Shown: positions 58,601 through 64,000 of the stretch, piece by piece | How the letters are laid out: each line of letters begins with the position of its first letter | Numbering within the stretch: the first letter of the stretch is position 1 | Assembly (NCBI GenBank): GCA_040285825.1 | Contig: JAUPSS010000010.1 | Location: forward strand, 554,604 to 618,603 | Length of the DNA: 64,000 nucleotides | DNA from: Eukaryota sp. TZLM1-RC | Taxonomy: Eukaryota; Protista; Metamonada: BaSk clade | Direction of reading: 5' to 3' | Notes under the pieces: generated by a model | Database searches by the model: none | What the model saw: only the letters and a program-made list of their open reading frames with translations | What the model was told of the DNA's origin: nothing | Made by a program: the position numbers and the translations under genes

Positions 58601-61181
58601 CTCCTATCACGGAGCTTACACTGCCCTCATGAAGCCTAGAATATACTGAAGAAATATCCACAATAGGCATGAGGCTGACAATAAGTTTCGTCGTTATGTG
58701 GAAAACTTCGGAGACGTCTTGGGAATGACCACCTCCATGACTGACCTAACCTGGAAGCAGTGGGTTGATTTCCGTATCTCCCGTTTTAATAGCCGAATAC
58801 TTCCTTCTACAAGATTTTAAATATCGACCATAACGAGACCTGTGTGCTTGTTGACTTGTAGAACAACATTAGTAGAATTTTGCTTGTGATCCCGCGTATT
58901 TCTCACAACGACTTTGTTACAATTTTTTTTGGTATTATGGAACCGGCCATCGACTTATTGTCTTCTGGTCATGGTCTTAGTATTATACAAGAATTAGGAT
59001 TATGAAAGCACATGCAAGGAAAGACACCAAATGGTGCAATTTACACCTGAGGTTTTCCAGCAAAATCTATACACTTTCAGAGCTTTAAGATTGGTTGGTT
59101 TAAGACATTTTAATTTATTGCAATATTCAGCTGATTGTGACTTGTTAGAGCCGTAACAACAAAAACAACAGCAGCAAGAAACTGTAGATAAAGTCAAGAT
59201 GCTACATCCATTTGAAGAACCAATAATAAATTAAAATTATTATAGAGATTATTAAAGAAAGCCATATTATTTATGGCATCAGAAGTTTGTTTGGGTAGGG
59301 TCATGACGATGGCGAATAATTCTTTCTGTATTGTAGACAATCTTTCTGGGAAGGAGTCAGTATTTTTCAATGAAACGACAGAGGGGCAACATTTTTTTCG
59401 GATAGGCAGGTTTCAGGTGTAGAAGAGGAAAGTTCCTTACAGATAATCCCGGCGAAGCCTATTTTGGAAGCATCGGTAGAGACTAATATTGGAAAAATAT
59501 CATCAGAAAACTCCAGGGGTACGCTATCAGGTATCATTTTCTTAATATTTTGAAAGCATTCTATTTGTTGCTGGTTCAAGGTAAACTTGTGGGGTGTTCC
59601 CTTTTGCAGTTCAGTCAGCGGAGCTAGTTCAGTATTTACGGCAGGTAACCAATCTCGAACAAAGTTGATAGAACCTACAAATAGACAGAGTTTTGGGACA
59701 GTAGTGGGGACTGGAATCTTGTTGAGTTTCTCTATTCTAGAAGGGCAAATTCTTCAAGTACATTTTTCGAAAATTGTTCCTAACACACGAATTGGATATT
59801 CTTGGGTTTGCAAGGCGCATTTGTGAAGGCCAATTAGGACGCGATAGTCACGGGCTCTCATAAATATATACTCTAGGCCGCTCAGAAAGTCAGTTTTCTT
59901 TACAGCGGCTACTACAATATCGTTTAGGTAAATAAATACAACGTTGCAATCAAAAATTTGCTTCATTAAGTTTTGGAAAATTACTTGAACGTTCTTTAGT
60001 CCAAGAGCTGCAAAAGTAAACATTACCTTTCTACCTGGGATTACAATAGCGGTCTTGGGTTGATCTTCTGGTCGTAAGTTTAGTTGCCAAAAGGCTTTGA
60101 GTAGATCTAGGGTTGCTGCATAGGTAGCGGACGACAAGAAGGAGCAAACATCTGTAATTCTGGAAAAATCAGCTGGGACAGGGACGGTGAGATCATTGAT
60201 TCCTTTGTGTCCGGAATAATCTTTGTGCCTGGTTGGGGGCACAAACGAGATGGATTGGTGAGGGGAATGGGCCATCATAAGAGACCGCAAAGCCATTATT
60301 CGATGGAGTATCAATTTCTTCATTAGCTATCTTTAGTTTGTCAGGAGGTAAGAATCTTGCTGTTTTACTAACAACAGATGATTTATCATGGAATTCTAAC
60401 TTCATTGGTTCACACTTAATTCTTTCAGGAGCGGGCAGTTTGGCAAAGGTATCAGGGTATATAAGTAGTAGTTTCTTAACTTCTACGGTCAGGGTAGGGT
60501 CATTGAGATTGAAACTTGTTTTCTCAATATCAGGTAACTTCTTTAATAGGTCGTCGCTTAGTTCTTGGACGAATTCAGGGGCAGTCGAGGTATTGATTAG
60601 GTCCTCGCAAGAGCAAACTTTCTGAGAATCAGGTAGAAAACAGTCAGGAACAGATTCATCTTCTTGAATCTGTAAGTTATGGGTAGAGAGAAAAATAAAA
60701 ATTAAATTTTCAGCTGATAGGACAAGACGTTTTAGGGCGTTACAACCAAGAATGAAATTGTTTGGGCAGTGTAAAAGACAGAGTCTCAAAACTTTCCTCT
60801 GGTTATCAGTCTAAAGAATGTCGGTCTCAGTAATGATTCTTTAGGAAGTTAGCGGAGAAACTGCTACCTTTTCAACTTCAGAAGCTTCACAGGAGTTCAC
60901 CCTTTCGTCCGGCAACGTGGCTGCCCGAGACTATTTCAGGACTGTATTCCTAGCACAACGGGCAGGAAAATAGGGTATCTTCTACTTGGTTATTTGGGGT
61001 TGTCTAGAAGAAAAATACGTTAGATCGTGGTGGGAAGGGAAGTCACGGCCAAAGAGGAAGAAGTCGAAGTTTTCGAAAACATCATCTAGTTTATAGTGAT
61101 CAGGGTCAGAGTATAATCCGTGAAGACTCTGCGGAGTTGAGATTTCGTCAAAATAATTATCGGAATTTATTGCTAGGGGAT
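55667..61181. mobile_element. duplicate of the retroelement debris at 15594-21117 (LTR 56531..56609, gag remnants, CRE-like fragment, minus-strand pol)
   Basis: Near-identical sequence and ORFs. Confidence 0.9.
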
Positions 61182-62877
61182 AAAATTGTATTTATTGAAT
61201 TTGCACACTTGATTAAATTAAATCATAACTAATGGGACGACTATCATTAAACCAAGATTTCCTCTACAAAATCTTGATTTGCTTGCTGTCTAGCTAAAGC
61301 TTCTCTAATTCGATTGAAAAACCGCGGTAATCTATTAATAATGGCAAATTGAATCCGTGAACGCCATAAAAAAATATCAAATCTTTTCATTGTTTTTTCT
61401 TTCACCATTTTTTGGAAGTCATCCAAAAAAGTTTCTGCTTCAACTGATAATCTTCCATTTATCGAAAATGGAAAAGCAATAAAAACCAGCTGTGTATTTC
61501 TATCGACATTTGCATCTTCAATTTCTTTATCATATTTTCTATGTTTTTCTTTTGCTTTAAAATCCAGAGCAGCCACAGGATTTAGTTTTCTTCTGTCAAC
61601 CAAAGTATCGTTTGCAACATTACATGAGACAAAGTCAACAATAGCTTCAGAATTATCAATCCAATCACAGTATACATCACCTCTATCATCAGAACCAAAA
61701 TTATTCAGAGAAAGTGTTTCCTTCAGCAGGGGCTCTTTGATACACGATATCCTTGCAGTTTGTGCCATATTGAAAACAGTGTCTCTAACAGCATCATGTA
61801 ATGAAGAACGATAAGTTATCAATTTAGAGCAATTTAGAGCATGGCGCAAAGTGAGTTGAGGTGAATTCGAACAAATACATTTTTCTTTTGATAATAATTG
61901 GTTAATGGGGATGTTCAAATATAATCTCATTTTTGTTACAAATGCTTCATTAGTGGCACACAATCCAAATCTTCGTGGTACAATGGTTACAAAAAGTGAA
62001 GAATCTGACGCCTTGTTTTCACAAACACCCTTTTCCAATAACAATGAGTGAAGATCTTGATTTAAAACAGCCGAGCTGCAAATATTATTATAAAGATCTT
62101 TTTCATACATTCCAGTCAATCTTTTCTGTAATGTTCGAAGAGTGTACTTCAAATTTAAAACATTTTTTCTGGAATATTGCCATTGAATGATTGGGGAAAA
62201 CATCGACCCCATTTTTCTACATCAATTCTTGAAATTTCTTCATTTAATGCAAAAACAGTGGAACTTTGCGTTGTCATCAATAAATCTTCCCAATCTGCAA
62301 ATCTTTCGGAAAACTCAAAGATTGCATTTCTGCATCCACCAACAAAAGCACACGAGGTAAGAATAGAAGCCTTCGTCCACCCTAAACCACCATAATGTGG
62401 ACTAAGGTAAGCATGATCTGGAATTTGAAACATTTTACATCCCAGTAATTGAGACAGAACTTTTGCACGTAACTCATTAAACTTTTTGAGCCAAAGGTCT
62501 AGTGACGAGAGGATTTGTAGATCGAAATATATGATTAAAATTGGAACTAAAAACACAGTCTTATAATGGTAAATTTGATGTGTTTTTTTATATCTAAATT
62601 CATCATTCGGTCAATTTTGTCAGAAATTGAGTTCAACTTTTCAAACAATTTTTGGTAATTTCATCATTATTTCCTAAAAACGAACCCAAATGACGAATAG
62701 CATCAATTGAATATAATTTGGCTTGAATTTCAATATCATCAATTATTGTGGAAACTGGAGAATTCGATAACAAAACACATTTAAGTAAATTAAGTCGGAG
62801 ACCAATTTTGGTAAATAATTCTTTAAAACATACAGTTGCTTTTTCACAATATTTAAATCACCAATAAGAACAACATC
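61182..62877 (-). mobile_element. 5'-truncated subfamily C non-LTR element
   Basis: Reverse-complement match to ~27421-29110; the RLE ORF 61247..62212 lacks the 28560 frameshift. Confidence 0.92.
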
Positions 62878-62879
62878 AA

Positions 62880-62962
<83 letters not shown>

Positions 62963-62965
62963 ATA
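62878..62965. repeat. (AATA)22 microsatellite
   Basis: 88 bp of perfect AATA. Confidence 0.97.
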
Positions 62966-64000
62966 GGCCAAACAAATAGGGTTAGACATTAAATTGCCCA
63001 AGTGTTTCATTATTGGTAATCAGCATGCGGAGGTGGCATTTAATGAAACTTTTATCAAATACGTTGATTACGAGGAAGATGCTATTCGGTTTCTTGGATC
63101 TTATTTTGGAAATAGTGAAAAAGTTAAATCGATTTTGTCAGGTATTTTGGAAAAATCGAAGAGCAACTTTTGGCTATTCAAGATCTACAAATTGACAAAC
63201 ATTTAGCGTTTTCGGTCCTCAATGTGTGTTTTGGGTCAAAAATTAATCATCTTCTTCGTTCTTTATCTCCCACAATTTCTCATGATTTTGCACGTCAATT
63301 CAATACTTTGAGAACAAATTTCTTAGGAAATTTAGTAGAAGTTTGTCCGTCTAAAATTCCTTATCATGCATTTTTAGTCCTAAATTTGGTGGAGTTGGTT
63401 TTCAAAAGCAGAGTATTTATGCAAAAGTGCTTTTATTGGTGGTATGAAAAATTTTCTTTTGAATGGAAACTTCGTTTTGATCATATTCCTTTGAATGAAT
63501 CACATCCTTTATTAATTTCTCTTGACAAAATGGTGCAAGAACTACCTGTTGATGTTTGGAATAGGAGTTTTCCTTCAAGTTTGCCTGCTGTGCCTTCGAG
63601 ATCTTTCACCAACCTTCATCTTGCTGTTGTGAAATTACAGAAGTCTGTTCTTATTGGTTTTTGAAGACCTGGATTTTTCTAAACGACTTAGTGTGACTAA
63701 GATTAATAATCCCGTCTTTGCTGCCTTTTTATCAGACATTCAGAACTGTACTAGTTTAATATCTCAGCAACCAAGGCCATTTGGTCTTCACTTAACAAAT
63801 GAAGCTTGGAAACAAAACATGCGGTTGAGATTAGGGATGTATCCAAGTGGTCTTTTGGACAATTCTTATTGTATTTGTAACAAAAACCTACTGCCAATTT
63901 TCGTCATATTGTGAGCTGTAAGAAATTTCTCCAATATAGGTCAGTTCTTCATAATGCCGTTCGTGATGTGACATATGAGATGTTCAAGTGTTACAATTTT
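62966..64000 (+). mobile_element. degenerate RLE-type non-LTR element, subfamily D (runs off window)
   Basis: AIRFLGSY, KINHLLRS, MRLRLG, CIC..HIVSC and HNAVRD in broken frames. Confidence 0.8.

Larger units (their letters stand above)
42378..61181. repeat. segmental duplication, copy 2
   Basis: Colinear with 7527..21117; lacks the MULE and contains the 6.9-kb Gypsy insertion. Confidence 0.95.

Overview
AT-rich eukaryotic DNA, probably from a protist (standard genetic code, one supportable 32-nt spliceosomal intron). It is mostly a nested transposon graveyard holding a few host genes. Host genes: a signal-anchored bacterial-type glycerophosphodiester phosphodiesterase, an Ariadne-type RBR E3 ligase (2 copies), an 838-aa LtaS/sulfatase-superfamily membrane enzyme (2 copies) and a 1409-aa type II membrane protein with a 585-aa internal duplication. 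A ~13.6-kb block (~7.5-21.1 kb) recurs at ~42.4-61.2 kb. Copy 1 alone carries a Mutator insertion and copy 2 alone carries a full-length Ty3/Gypsy element, so both empty sites and target-site duplications (TSDs) are visible. Mobile DNA includes several subfamilies of RLE-type (CRE-like) non-LTR retrotransposons, Gypsy elements with very short LTRs (79-152 bp) and a divergent chromodomain-like tail, two miniature LTR elements, a 64-bp hAT-like MITE, IS630/Tc1 remnants and a five-unit tandem array of integrase segments. The most novel signal is that the LTR families lack a recognisable tRNA primer-binding site. Instead they share a covarying 12-nt palindrome (CA-N8-TG, then GCC) straddling the end of the 5' LTR, which suggests non-canonical priming or dimerisation. 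Family assignments are from motif recognition by eye; no database search was run.
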